Assembly (NCBI GenBank): GCA_029858565.1
Contig: JAOUEV010000010.1
Location: 1-64,000, forward strand
Reading direction: 5' to 3'
Source of the DNA: Nitrospirota bacterium
Lineage (GTDB): Bacteria; Nitrospirota; UBA9217
DNA: 64,000 bases
The translations under genes and the position numbers were made by a program. Positions 48,090 to 60,577 of this stretch are shown piece after piece. Under the pieces are notes generated by a model. That model ran no database searches, was not told the DNA's origin, and saw nothing but the letters and a program-made list of their open reading frames with translations. Position 1 is the first letter of the stretch; every line of letters starts with the position of its first letter.

Positions 48090-48110
48090 GAATAGCGCTC
48101 CTCTGCCGGA

Positions 48111-48458
48111 CTATAGATCCGTATACTTTTTGCTCGAGCCTTTCGCTTTCTCCACCGGATACTTCGCTTCATTCACTGCTAATGTCTTTTCTACTTCGTT
48201 GAGCAAGTCGATCTTATATTCTTCACTAAGATATGTGAGAAATATGAAGATATCGGCAAGTTCTTCTTTTACGTTCTTGAGTTCTTCAGGAGAGAGCTTG
48301 CGGGTCTGCTCGGTCGTCTTCCACAGGAAGTTTTCGAGCAATTCCCCCGCTTTGATGGAGAGGGCTTCGGCGAGGTTCTTGGGATCGTGGAATTGTGCCC
48401 AGTCGCGCTCGTTCCGGAATGCGACGATCTTTTTCCGGATGGACTCTAAATCAGCCAT
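48111..48458 (-). CDS. MazG-like nucleotide pyrophosphohydrolase
   Basis: FRNERDWAQFHDPKNLA...ELLENFLW...EELADI...NEAKYP. Confidence 0.9.
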   Translation of the reverse strand: MADLESIRKKIVAFRNERDWAQFHDPKNLAEALSIKAGELLENFLWKTTEQTRKLSPEELKNVKEELADIFIFLTYLSEEYKIDLLNEVEKTLAVNEAKYPVEKAKGSSKKYTDL

Positions 48459-48753
48459 GCCCCTCCTTCACAGCCGAAAAACAGTGCAACTGATTGAAAA
48501 CTTTACTCCAAGTTGCATTAAATGTCCAGAAAAGAAACGGATGGAAAATGTTAATATGTCGAAGGGAATTGCGTGATAGTAACAAGCCTGATCAACTTGA
48601 TTTCACCGAATCACCATATCGCAGTGCTGCCGGAAAAAGGCTTTACCTCTGTACCCGATGCTGTTACACTGTGTCAACAGATCTTGTGGGATGCGTCTAT
48701 GGCAACGGTTGTCGCGCCGGTATCCGCACGTCTGACGGCCTTGGAGGACCATT

Positions 48754-50826
48754 ATGGTGCTCGGCAGGATCAGAAACACCCTGGTGACGCAGTTCACCGC
48801 CATCATCCTGCTGATCCTTGTCGTGGGCCAGGGCGGTCTCTACACCTGGCTGCTGCTCTACCAACGGGCCTATCTCGAAACAAGCCTCCGCCGGGACATG
48901 ACCGCGGTCGCCCGGCAGATCGGCGATACGATCACGCGGCAGAACACCGACCAGCGCTCTCTTGAGCAGTTCCTGGACCTGGTCCTCGGGACCGGCAGCG
49001 TTCTCTCGGTCCGCGTGATCGACGGGACCGGCCGGGAACTGGTCGCGAGAACCGCTCCCCGGTCGAAGATCGATGCCGGCTCCGGAACCTCGTCCTCCCG
49101 CTGGCTCTTTTCCATTCCTTCCGAGAACACCCTGCGCGTCCCGCTCCGGACGGACGGCGGCGCGGGCGCCGTTGAGGTGATCTACAGCGGCCGAACCGTG
49201 AATGAAGTGATGGGCAGGTTCCTGGTCATCCCCCCGGTGATGCAGACCATCACGTTCCTGGTGGTGATCTACGCCATCGCCAGGTTCTTCCGCAGCAGGG
49301 TCTCCTTCCCCGTGGCAAGCATCAACGCGGCGCTGAGCAGGATCACCGAGGGCGATCTCGTCGCCGAGGTGCCCCCTATCGCCGGAACGGAGATCGGCAG
49401 CATCGCCACGGGCGCCCGTTTCCTTGCCGAGAAGCTTTCCTCGACCCTTGCCCGGGTCGATTTCCTATCCAAGGGCGTCGCCGCTGCTCTCGAGCGGCTC
49501 ACCGCGTCCCTCGCGGCGGTCCGCGACTCCACGCACGCCCAGGCCGAATCGATCAACAGCGTCATGTCCGTGATCCTGAAGGCGAACGAACAGCAGCGGT
49601 CGTCCACGGAAAGCACGGACCGGCTCTCGCGCGTTTCCTATGACAATGTGACATCGCTGCTCGAGATGCGGTCCGCCGCGGACGAGATCGCGTCGAGCAC
49701 CGACCGCCTGTTCCGTTCCGCGGCCGACGCCCACGCGATGATTTCCGCGATGTCCCAGGCTTCCGCCGCCATCGCCGACAGCACCGGCGAGGTGTTCCGC
49801 GCCATGGAGAGCACCTCGACGTCGGTCGAGGAGATCAGCGCCTCCCTCACGACCGTGCGGGAGAACGCGCGGCAGTCGGCGGAGTTCTCGGCGCGGGTGC
49901 GGCAGCTCCTGACCGAGCGGGGCACCCTTGCGGTCGCTGACGCCGTCGAGGCCATGGAAAAGATCGCCGACGAGGTCGGCCGCTTCCAGACGATCGTCGA
50001 GCACCTCGACACCCAGTCGAAGGACATCGAGAACGTTCTCTCGGTCATCAACGAGGTCACCGAACGGACGAACCTGCTGAGCCTCAACGCCTCCATCCTT
50101 GCATCGCAGGCCGGTGAGCACGGACGCGGGTTCGCGGTCGTTGCCGGAGAGATCCGGTCGCTCTCCGAGGGCACCGCTGCATCGGCAAAGGACATCGCGG
50201 GGATCGTGAAGGCCATCCAGTCCCAGATCCGCGAAGCCGTGACCTCGATCCGCGCCGGGGTGAAGCTTGTCGAGCAGGGCAAGGACCTGATCTTCAAGTC
50301 CGGCGAAGCCATGGGGGAGACCCTCGAGGCGGCGCAGAAGACCGCCCAGATGACCACGGCGGTCGAAAAGGCGACGGTGGAGCAGGCCGGCGGCCTGAAG
50401 CAGATCCGGTCGGCCGCGGAGAACGTCCGCCTCATGCTGGAGCAGGTCATGAAGAACACGAACGAGGAGCGCCGCAACGCCTCGCGCATGCTCGACAGCA
50501 TTCGCGAGGTAAAGGAGGTCGCCCAAGTGGTCCGGAAAGGCACGGGCGAACACGCGTCAGGCACCCAGGTGATCTCCCGGAACCTGGAGGAAAGCCGGGA
50601 CATGGTCACGCGTGTCCATCAGGCCGCGCAGGACCAGCTCGGCGCCAACGAGGAGATCGCCGGGGCCGTGGAAATGATCAAGCGCGCGGGCGTTTCGGCC
50701 ATGAAGGACCTGGAGGAGATCACCCGGTCCTTCAGCGCGCTCCGGAACGAGGTCGAGGACCTGAAGCACGAGATGGCGGCCTTCCGCACGAAACAGGACC
50801 CCGCGCGGCGCGACGCTCCGAAATGA
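48754..50826 (+). CDS. Methyl-accepting chemotaxis protein (2 TM, HAMP, long cytoplasmic domain)
   Basis: RTNLLSLNASILASQAGEHGRGFAVVAGEIRSLS. Confidence 0.93.
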   Translation: MVLGRIRNTLVTQFTAIILLILVVGQGGLYTWLLLYQRAYLETSLRRDMTAVARQIGDTITRQNTDQRSLEQFLDLVLGTGSVLSVRVIDGTGRELVARTAPRSKIDAGSGTSSSRWLFSIPSENTLRVPLRTDGGAGAVEVIYSGRTVNEVMGRFLVIPPVMQTITFLVVIYAIARFFRSRVSFPVASINAALSRITEGDLVAEVPPIAGTEIGSIATGARFLAEKLSSTLARVDFLSKGVAAALERLTASLAAVRDSTHAQAESINSVMSVILKANEQQRSSTESTDRLSRVSYDNVTSLLEMRSAADEIASSTDRLFRSAADAHAMISAMSQASAAIADSTGEVFRAMESTSTSVEEISASLTTVRENARQSAEFSARVRQLLTERGTLAVADAVEAMEKIADEVGRFQTIVEHLDTQSKDIENVLSVINEVTERTNLLSLNASILASQAGEHGRGFAVVAGEIRSLSEGTAASAKDIAGIVKAIQSQIREAVTSIRAGVKLVEQGKDLIFKSGEAMGETLEAAQKTAQMTTAVEKATVEQAGGLKQIRSAAENVRLMLEQVMKNTNEERRNASRMLDSIREVKEVAQVVRKGTGEHASGTQVISRNLEESRDMVTRVHQAAQDQLGANEEIAGAVEMIKRAGVSAMKDLEEITRSFSALRNEVEDLKHEMAAFRTKQDPARRDAPK

Positions 50827-50994
50827 TCCTCTGCCTCCCCGCGGCTTCCGAACAGGGGATCACCCGGCGGCCATCGTGACGCCCCGGGAAGCGCACTTGA
50901 TTCTTTGCCTGAGGGCATTTATAATTCCAGGTACCAACACGTGACCCTGCGTCAACAGCCCCCTGTTCGGCGCGCCTGAGGTATACTTACCACC

Positions 50995-52773
50995 ATGGCT
51001 TTTACCGGCGAACTTGAACATCTTCATATCGTGGACGTCATCCAGCTGGTCCATACCACGCGGAAATCGGGAATCTTTTCCGTCAAGGGGGACCGGGGGG
51101 AAAGCACGATCGTCTTCAGCAGCGGCGCCATTGTCGGAGCGAACCATCTGAACGACAGCGTCCGCATCGGCACCATCCTGGTGAAGATGGGCGCCATCTC
51201 GGTCGAGGATCTCAAGCAGGCACTGGACGCGATCCGGGATATCGCCGCGGGCGGCGAGCCGCTTCTTGCCGCATTGATCCAGTCCGGCAAGCTGAAGCAG
51301 GAAGACGCGCTGAAGGGTCTCCGGACGCTTGTCGAGATCACCATTGTCGAGCTCATGGGCTGGAGCAAAGGCACTTTTACCTTTGACACCGACGCGCCGG
51401 TCTACGCCGGCGGGGACAGCGGGACCGATGTGGCGCTCGATGCCCAGATGGTCCTGATGGACGCGCTGCGCGTCTTTGACGAACGGGAACGGGACCGCGC
51501 CAACGGGAAGGACGTTCCGTCCTTTGAATCGCTCTACGCCGAGGTCCTTCCCGGCCAGGCCCATGCGCCCAGGGAACAGCCGTCAACGATCACCGCCGAT
51601 CTCCTCGGGCTCGCGGATGTCGAACGGCTCGAGAAGAAGATCCCCCGGCCGGTCTCGGAGATGGAGCTCTTCGATCCCCTGGCGATCCATCGCCAGAAGA
51701 TCAGGGAGCTGCTTGCCGCTTTCTCGCCGGAGGAGCAGGACGCCTTTGTCGCGTTCCTCCAGCGGTCGCTGGACCGCAAGGCCGCGCCCGGCGGGGCGGC
51801 AAAGCAGTCCGGCAAGGCGGTCGTCCTGTTCAGCAGCGACAAGCTGATCCGGCATTCGGCAATGACCATCTGCAAGGAGGACGGCGTGCCCGTATTCTCC
51901 GCCGAGGAAGAGAACGACCTCGAGCGGACCGTGGAGCAGTGCCTTTCGGCAATGCGGATGCCCATCGTGGTTTTCGACAGCCCCGGAGGCGAAGGCGGCG
52001 GCTTTCCGGAAGAAACGATCATCGCTCTGCGGAACCGGATACGGGGAAGACACCCCGCGGTCCCGCTCGTCCAGTTCGCCGCTCCCCAACAGAACGACTT
52101 CATCCTTCGGTCGTACAGCGACGGCGTCTGGGCCGTTCTTCCGAAACCGACGAACGAGGGCAGGAACGGGTCTTACGTCAGCGGTACGATCCAGTTCCTG
52201 GCGGCCTTCAAATCGTATATCAAGGATTTTCAGTACCGCCCCGACGCCGCGGACCGGTACATCAAGGAGCTGAAGAAGGACATCAAGGCGCTTCGCGAGA
52301 TCGTCACCCCGTCGGACGCGGCGCTGGTGCTGCTGATCACCGTCGCGGACATGTTCGAGCGGGCGATCACCTTCATCGTCCGGCCCGGGGAACTGGCCGG
52401 GGAGCGGGCCATCGGCGTGACCTCGGACAAGAGCGAGGGGCCGACCCATGCGGACCGGCTGAGGATCCCGCTGGCGAAGCCCTCGGTCTTCCGCGAGGCG
52501 ATCGAAAAAGGACAGGTCCTGTTCGGCGAGAGCAGGGACGGGATCCTCACCGGCCTGTTCCAGCAGATCGGCGCGCCCCTGAGCCCCTCGGTCGTGCTGC
52601 TGCCGGTGATCAGCGACCGCAAGGTCGTTGCGGTCGTGTACGGCGATTTCGGGAAGAAAGCCGCTCAGCCGGTGCAGATCGACATCCTTGAGATCCTGAG
52701 CCAGCAGGTCGGCATCTCGCTGGAATACGCGCTGTTCCGCAGGCACGTTGCGAAAGCCGCGCAAAAAGCATAA
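50995..52773 (+). CDS. DUF4388 / MshEN-like / degenerate REC / GAF-like signalling protein
   Basis: MAFTGELEHLHIVDVIQLV...RKSG; RIGTILVKMG; W..GTF.F; C-terminal VLLPV...VVYGD. Confidence 0.8.
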   Translation: MAFTGELEHLHIVDVIQLVHTTRKSGIFSVKGDRGESTIVFSSGAIVGANHLNDSVRIGTILVKMGAISVEDLKQALDAIRDIAAGGEPLLAALIQSGKLKQEDALKGLRTLVEITIVELMGWSKGTFTFDTDAPVYAGGDSGTDVALDAQMVLMDALRVFDERERDRANGKDVPSFESLYAEVLPGQAHAPREQPSTITADLLGLADVERLEKKIPRPVSEMELFDPLAIHRQKIRELLAAFSPEEQDAFVAFLQRSLDRKAAPGGAAKQSGKAVVLFSSDKLIRHSAMTICKEDGVPVFSAEEENDLERTVEQCLSAMRMPIVVFDSPGGEGGGFPEETIIALRNRIRGRHPAVPLVQFAAPQQNDFILRSYSDGVWAVLPKPTNEGRNGSYVSGTIQFLAAFKSYIKDFQYRPDAADRYIKELKKDIKALREIVTPSDAALVLLITVADMFERAITFIVRPGELAGERAIGVTSDKSEGPTHADRLRIPLAKPSVFREAIEKGQVLFGESRDGILTGLFQQIGAPLSPSVVLLPVISDRKVVAVVYGDFGKKAAQPVQIDILEILSQQVGISLEYALFRRHVAKAAQKA

Positions 52774-52815
52774 CGGACCTATCCGGACGGTCCGGAGCCC
52801 GGAAAGACAATGCTG

Positions 52816-52910
52816 TCTCGCGCCAAGCCGCAAAGGCGCAAAGAGAACAGGCGGCAGAGGGTATTCGTGATCTAAAGATGTTCTTTGCGTCTTTGCGGCT
52901 TGGCGCGATA
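52816..52910. repeat. TCTCGCGC-type palindromic element, copy 3
   Basis: tctcgcgccaagccgcaaaggcgcaaag ... ctttgcgtctttgcggcttggcgcgata. Confidence 0.8.
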
Positions 52911-52967
52911 TTTTTTTGCTGTATTAATCATATCTGACACGTAAGACCGCGGAGGTACACCAGCGTC

Positions 52968-54035
52968 ATGGACAACACGATCCTGAACCAGATCCTGAAC
53001 ATCGCCTTTGAGAAAAAGGTCTCGGACATCCACTTCGAGGTCGACAATCCGCCCATGTTCCGCGCGCGGGGCCACCTCATCCGCGCCAAGATGGGTCCCC
53101 TGACGAAGCAGGACACGGAGTTCGTGGCAACGACGGTCATGGCGCAGCACAACCGGAAACTGCCCGAGAACCTGATGGAGTTCGACACGTCCTACACCCT
53201 GGCGAAGGTGGGCCGGTTCCGCGTCAGCATCTTCCGGCAGCGCGGCAATCTCGGCGTGGTCATGCGGGTCATCCCCCACCAGATCGGCAACTTCGAACAG
53301 CTGAACCTTCCGCCGGCCCTCGGCAGGATCGCCCAGGTGCCGAACGGCCTGATCCTGGTCACCGGACCGACGGGGAACGGCAAATCAACGACCCTCGCGT
53401 CGATGATGCAGTTCATCAACGACAGCTTCGCCTACAACATCATCACCATCGAGGACCCGATCGAGTTCCTGTTCACGTCGGGCAAGAGCTGCATCATCCA
53501 GCGGGAAGTGGGCATTGACACGGAAAGCTTCACCATCGCCCTGCGGTCCGCCATGCGCATGAACCCCGACGTCATCATGGTCGGGGAGATGCGCGATCTC
53601 GAGACCGTGGACGCCTGCGTCAAGGCGGCCGAGACCGGGCACCTGGTGCTGTCCACGCTCCACACGCCGAACACCGCCGCGACGGTCAACCGCATCGTGG
53701 GCTACTTCCCTCCTGACGCGCAGGAGAACACCCGCCAGCGCCTGGCCGAAAGCCTCACCGCCGTCATCTCCATACGTCTGATCCGGGGAAAGACCGGCGA
53801 GACCGTGCTGCCGGTCCTGGAAGTGATGTACGCCACGAACACCATCAAGGCCTGCATCCGGGACAACAAGCTCGACGAGATCGAGCAGCACATCGAAAAA
53901 GGGCGGGACGAATACGGCATGCAGACCATGGACCAGCATCTCATCCAGCTCTGCAGGGACGATCATATCACGCTCGACGAGGCGAAGCGCATCTCCCGGT
54001 CAAAGGACCTCGAGCGGAAGCTGATGTTCAATTAG
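52968..54035 (+). CDS. pilT: PilT/PilU-family type IV pilus retraction ATPase
   Basis: SDIH, GRFRVS, GPTGNGKSTT, TIEDPIE, QREVG, VGEMRD, AETGHLVLSTLH, GMQTMDQ. Confidence 0.88.
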   Translation: MDNTILNQILNIAFEKKVSDIHFEVDNPPMFRARGHLIRAKMGPLTKQDTEFVATTVMAQHNRKLPENLMEFDTSYTLAKVGRFRVSIFRQRGNLGVVMRVIPHQIGNFEQLNLPPALGRIAQVPNGLILVTGPTGNGKSTTLASMMQFINDSFAYNIITIEDPIEFLFTSGKSCIIQREVGIDTESFTIALRSAMRMNPDVIMVGEMRDLETVDACVKAAETGHLVLSTLHTPNTAATVNRIVGYFPPDAQENTRQRLAESLTAVISIRLIRGKTGETVLPVLEVMYATNTIKACIRDNKLDEIEQHIEKGRDEYGMQTMDQHLIQLCRDDHITLDEAKRISRSKDLERKLMFN

Positions 54036-54203
54036 CTTCGCCCGCAGGTCACGGCACAGGACCCTCTCAAGCGCCTCGTTCCCGGCAGGTTGATCCTCCG
54101 TCAGCCGGGGACCAGCATTCTCAGGCCTTTCGTCCGATCTTCCTCGGCCTTTGCCTTCATCTTATACAGGGATGCTCCCGTCTCCGAAACCCTGCGAGCA
54201 TCA

Positions 54204-54350
54204 TTATCCCTCTTGCCGCGGTTCCGGAAAGCACACAGGGCACCAGGTCTCGCCCTGGTCCCGGGGGCATACATGACTGCAGGCCTCGCAGCAGACGCAG
54301 TCCTGCATGGGAAGGTCGCACACAGCACAGATCGCATTCAGCTCAGACAC
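54204..54350 (-). CDS. Small Cys-rich protein (48 aa, 9 Cys)
   Basis: SD aggagg followed by GTG; MSELNAICAVCDLPMQDCVCCEACSHVCPGDQGETWCPVCFPEPRQEG*. Confidence 0.65.
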   Translation of the reverse strand: MSELNAICAVCDLPMQDCVCCEACSHVCPRDQGETWCPVCFPEPRQEG

Positions 54351-54726
54351 TTTATCTGGTCCTCCTGATCCGGTTCATTCCGCGTCCGCTGACATACCCG
54401 CTAACGAGGAAAATCCCGGGAGACGGCCGGCGCGAACAAGCACCAGCGGCATGGCCGGCCTGTGACGTCCAAGGCCCCTGTTCACGCGGTCTTTACTACT
54501 GACTGCAGATTCTCCGGATGAACACACTATAAACCACCATGCAGGGGATTTCATTCTTTTTGGTTCAGCCTGACCGCGCGCTCCCGGGATATTAACAAGT
54601 TCATATTCATCCCAATTCCCGCCCAGGAACTGCTATAATTTGTCTTACAGACCAGTGATCCCCTCAAGAGGTTTTCCCTGGCGTCCGGCGCAGGATCCCG
54701 GCAGTTCGTATCACGATGGAGGCTTT

Positions 54727-55953
54727 ATGGGTTTTTCAGGCAGGCTGGAAGGCATCGCGCCTTCGGACATATTCCAGATCATCAGTCAGAACAGGATGAC
54801 CGGCACGCTGATCGCCCGCTGTCAGGACGGCACCGCCATGGTCGTGTTCAAGGACGGCCAGGTGATCGAGGCAACGAGCGACGCGCCGCAGGAGTCCCTC
54901 GGCTTTCTCCTGGTGTCCCAGGGGCTCGCGTCCGAAGGGACGATCGCCGCTGCCAAGGAACAGCGGGTGCGAACGCCCGAAAAACCGCTCGGCGCCATCC
55001 TCGTGAGCATGGGCGCCATCGATCAAAAGACCCTTGAGACCGTTGTGCTCAGACAGATCGAGCGCATCGTGACCCGCCTGATGACCTGCGATGACGGGTT
55101 CATCACCTTCGACCGCGGAGAGACCGCGGTCAAGCGCAAGCTCAATACGAACGAGTTCTTCCTTGACGCCGGGGTCAGCACCGAGTTCCTGATGATGGAA
55201 GGCGCGCGGGTCTTTGATGAGGAGCAGGCCCGCGTAAAAGCATCGGACCGGCGCAGATCGCAGCCCGACGTTGCCGCGGACGAGGGGCCTGAGGGCGAAC
55301 GACGGCGGCAGACCGATGAACCGCCGGCCGCCGGAGCAGCTCCGCGGCAGGAAAGCGTTCCGTCGTGGTTCGAGTCGATCAGTTTTCCGAGCTATGCGGC
55401 CTTTGCTGAAGCGGAGGTGGACCTGTATCGGCAGGGACGCAAGTTCCTATGGACCGCGCGCGACAGGGTCAGGAGCGTGGTCCAGCCCTGGTTCGCGGGC
55501 ATCAGGAGCAAGGCAGCTGCATTCTCCCCCGATGGCACGGCCATGCTCGCGGCCGGCATCGGCGCTGTCGCGGCAGCCGTCGTCCTGATCATCACGCTCT
55601 CCTTCTCCTCCGAAACGACCGGCGGCGACCTCCTGATCACCGGAAAGATCGTGAAGCTCCGCGCCGAGCCCACGACCGAGGCGGACGTGGTGACAAAGAT
55701 AAGCCAGGGGGAGATCGTGTCGCCGGTCGAGTTCAGGAATGACTGGCACCTGGTGAAGACAAAGGCCGGCGAGACCGGCTGGGTGTGGAAGAGCCTGGTG
55801 GAGCAGCAGGAGAAAAAGACCATCCGGATCTTCAAGTACCGCGTGACCGGCTCGGAACTCCTGCTGTTCGCTGGACTGGGACTGCTCGTCGAAGGATTCA
55901 GGCGGAAGCAGCGGACCGGGGCCAATGCGGCCGGCCCGCAGGGCAAAGCGTGA
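54727..55953 (+). CDS. DUF4388 / MshEN-like / TM / SH3b-domain membrane protein
   Basis: MGFSGRLEG...DIFQII; LGFLLV..G and LGAILV.MG; VKLRAEP...WHLV...GWVW; SD ggagg. Confidence 0.8.
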   Translation: MGFSGRLEGIAPSDIFQIISQNRMTGTLIARCQDGTAMVVFKDGQVIEATSDAPQESLGFLLVSQGLASEGTIAAAKEQRVRTPEKPLGAILVSMGAIDQKTLETVVLRQIERIVTRLMTCDDGFITFDRGETAVKRKLNTNEFFLDAGVSTEFLMMEGARVFDEEQARVKASDRRRSQPDVAADEGPEGERRRQTDEPPAAGAAPRQESVPSWFESISFPSYAAFAEAEVDLYRQGRKFLWTARDRVRSVVQPWFAGIRSKAAAFSPDGTAMLAAGIGAVAAAVVLIITLSFSSETTGGDLLITGKIVKLRAEPTTEADVVTKISQGEIVSPVEFRNDWHLVKTKAGETGWVWKSLVEQQEKKTIRIFKYRVTGSELLLFAGLGLLVEGFRRKQRTGANAAGPQGKA

Positions 55954-55975
55954 AGCCTCTTGCCGGGAAGCGGGC

Positions 55976-56257
55976 CTAAATGACCGAGGGAAGCACCAGG
56001 ACCTCTTTTGCCATCCGCTTCTTGATCGGCTGCTTCTTTATCTTGGCGGCGTTCAGCATCAGATGAGCAATGGCCGTTTCCCGTTTGGCAACCATGTACT
56101 CCTGTTCGCTCGTCGCCATCTGCTTCAGCTCCACGATCAATCCGCGCGCCTGTTCCAGCTGCGCCATGGATTCAGACTGAGCTTTGTTCTGGATCGCAGC
56201 TTTTGTGCCGTCGATCAGCGTATCTATCGCAACCCTCACCCGCATGAACTCTTCCAT
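55976..56257 (-). CDS. Hypothetical helical protein
   Basis: 93-aa ORF with SD ggagg. Confidence 0.6.
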   Translation of the reverse strand: MEEFMRVRVAIDTLIDGTKAAIQNKAQSESMAQLEQARGLIVELKQMATSEQEYMVAKRETAIAHLMLNAAKIKKQPIKKRMAKEVLVLPSVI

Positions 56258-56552
56258 AGGAATACCTGGCCTCCCTTGTTAGATGTGATGATACATTGTA
56301 AGGCTTATTAACGGGAATAGCTCGATAAAAGAGCGAACCGTCAGGTGAGGCCGGAAACGGCTCAGGTCGTGATAAAGCCCTGCAAACAGCGCGATCCCCC
56401 TGATATTGCGGGATAATCCATCGAATAACTCCGGGTCCTGCCTGCAGCGGTCCAGGAAAAAAAGACCGGAGAGTTCTTCTCTCCGGTCCTGGCTTTTCCG
56501 GCCCTGCGCGGTCGCGGACGTGATGCTTTGGCCTGCCCCGGCGGGTCCGGAG

Positions 56553-56684
56553 CTAGGAGGCTTTTTTCCCTGCAAAGGCGCTCTGCGGCTGTTTGTTCTT
56601 CTGCATCTGCACGTCGTGGACATGCTTCACTTCTTTTTGCTTTTCGCTCTTTTCCTTGTTCTTCTTGCCGCCCTTGTCTCCCAT
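56553..56684 (-). CDS. Small Lys-rich protein (43 aa)
   Basis: SD aaggag; MGDKGGKKNKEKSEKQKEVKHVHDVQMQKNKQPQSAFAGKKAS*. Confidence 0.65.
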   Translation of the reverse strand: MGDKGGKKNKEKSEKQKEVKHVHDVQMQKNKQPQSAFAGKKAS

Positions 56685-56984
56685 TGCGTCTCCTTTTCGT
56701 GCGCCGGTACAGGATAGGTGTGATCATTCATTATAGCATCATATCCTTCCCGGCAGGCGCACAGACAGGGAAAATGCCGTGACCTACGAAGAACAGGTGC
56801 CGCGGCAAAAGAGTCCTGCCCTGAAAACGGCGGTTCATTTGCGATGACAGAAGTGCTGAAATGAGCGCAGTAACGTTGGGCATTTGACCAGATCGAGGCT
56901 GCTTTGGTTAAGATTGCCCGCTACTGCCAGGCGGCTGAACAACGAAAAGAAGAGAAGGCCCGGATCAGGGACCGATGTTTCAGC

Positions 56985-57230
56985 CTATTTGCACTTCTTG
57001 TAGCATTCGTCCTTGGACTTGGCGCAGCCCAGTTCGCCCGCCTTTTTCTTCACCTCGTCCTTTGCCTTCTCGTTGTCTTCCTTGGCCTTCTTCATGCACT
57101 CGTCATAGGACTTGTCGCAGGCAGCCTCACAGCTCTTCTTCTTCACGTTCACACCCAGGTCCAGGCCATAGACGGACAGGGACAGCGTTACCGCGGCGAT
57201 CACGAACAGCACGATCAGGATCTTCTTCAT
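56985..57230 (-). CDS. Small secreted Cys/Lys-rich protein
   Basis: SD aaggagg; signal peptide; CX3CX6C...CX6CX3C. Confidence 0.8.
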   Translation of the reverse strand: MKKILIVLFVIAAVTLSLSVYGLDLGVNVKKKSCEAACDKSYDECMKKAKEDNEKAKDEVKKKAGELGCAKSKDECYKKCK

Positions 57231-57541
57231 GATTCCCTCCTTGGACAGCGAATGGAAATACCGATGAACAGCTGTCCTCGTTTATAGCAACTTCCGCGCG
57301 GCAAGTCAAGCAGGGGATTTCGGCGATACCCGCTATCGGTCATGGGAGAAACTATCAGAGGAGAAGCGGGAAGTCAACTAGAGAGACACTTGAGGTGATT
57401 AATGTCGGACCGCAGGAAATGACCCGACGGTGCTCCCCGCGCACCACCTACGAGGCCTCAATCCAGAGGGGTGCTGGTACAGTGAAAACCGACGCCCAAC
57501 GTATAAGTAAAACTGCGTCAGCGGTGAAGATGAGGATGACT

Positions 57542-57576
57542 AAAAAAATTTCGGCGAGAAACGATCGTTTCTCGCC
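57542..57576 (-). terminator. Probable terminator after sodC
   Basis: Perfect palindrome ggcgagaaacgatcgtttctcgcc with a nearby U-tract on the minus strand. Confidence 0.55.
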
Positions 57577-57631
57577 TCAAGATAGTTGTTTGCACTTGAC
57601 GGCGCCCTTCACAGGGGGGCACTCAAGATCC

Positions 57632-58159
57632 TTACTGAACAACACCGCACGCCACCCGTGCCCCGCCTCCGCCTAAAGGCGCCGGGTGGTCCGAATAATT
57701 GTCGCCGGCCGCATGGATCATGAGCGAGCGGCCCTTCACGTCGGACATCTTGAGCCGCGGAGCAGTGACAGCGGTTGCTGCTGTTCCATCAGCTTCGACC
57801 GTGAGCACCGGGAGGTCGCCGAGATGTCCCTTGCCCTCGTGGCCCTCATGTTTACCGGTCGCGGCCGGATCATAGTGACCCCCAGCGGCAAGACCAGGAA
57901 CCTGCTTGCCATCCTTCGTGCCGACCCCGCAGCCGGGATTCTGGTGGACATGAAATCCATGTGTCCCGGGCGACAGATCGGTGAGCTTGGGGGTGAACAC
58001 GAGGCCCTTCGGCCCCTCAGAGATCGTGATCGTGCCGATGGCCTTTCCGATACCCAGCTCATTCACCAGATTCATCTTCACCACCTCGTCGGCAGCGTAC
58101 ACCGGAATCGCCGCCAGAAGCCCCGCAACAACAGCTACAGCCATCCATGATAGTTTCAT
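57632..58159 (-). CDS. sodC: Periplasmic Cu/Zn superoxide dismutase
   Basis: Signal peptide; [38 protein letters not shown]. Confidence 0.95.
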   Translation of the reverse strand: MKLSWMAVAVVAGLLAAIPVYAADEVVKMNLVNELGIGKAIGTITISEGPKGLVFTPKLTDLSPGTHGFHVHQNPGCGVGTKDGKQVPGLAAGGHYDPAATGKHEGHEGKGHLGDLPVLTVEADGTAATAVTAPRLKMSDVKGRSLMIHAAGDNYSDHPAPLGGGGARVACGVVQ

Positions 58160-58250
58160 TTCTGTACCTCCGCGTTGGAATGCCAAGGTCCATGCCTTAG
58201 CTTACGGTTTTACTCCCGGCAAGGAGCCCATGCGGACCTCTCTACCGCGA

Positions 58251-60500
<2,250 letters not shown>

Positions 60501-60577
60501 TTATCGTGGTGCCTCGCCTCATCACTGATCTGTTCGTTTCATTCGTAACTACTTTGGAAAGCAACAGCAAACTTCGG

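Noticed and set aside
54101-54337. 78-aa ORF from the ORF track
   Set aside because: It overlaps the Cys-rich 48-aa frame, which has the better SD and a coherent motif.
57490-57520. Integron attC-like start (GCCCAAC...)
   Set aside because: No matching complementary GTTRRRY arm and no integrase were found.
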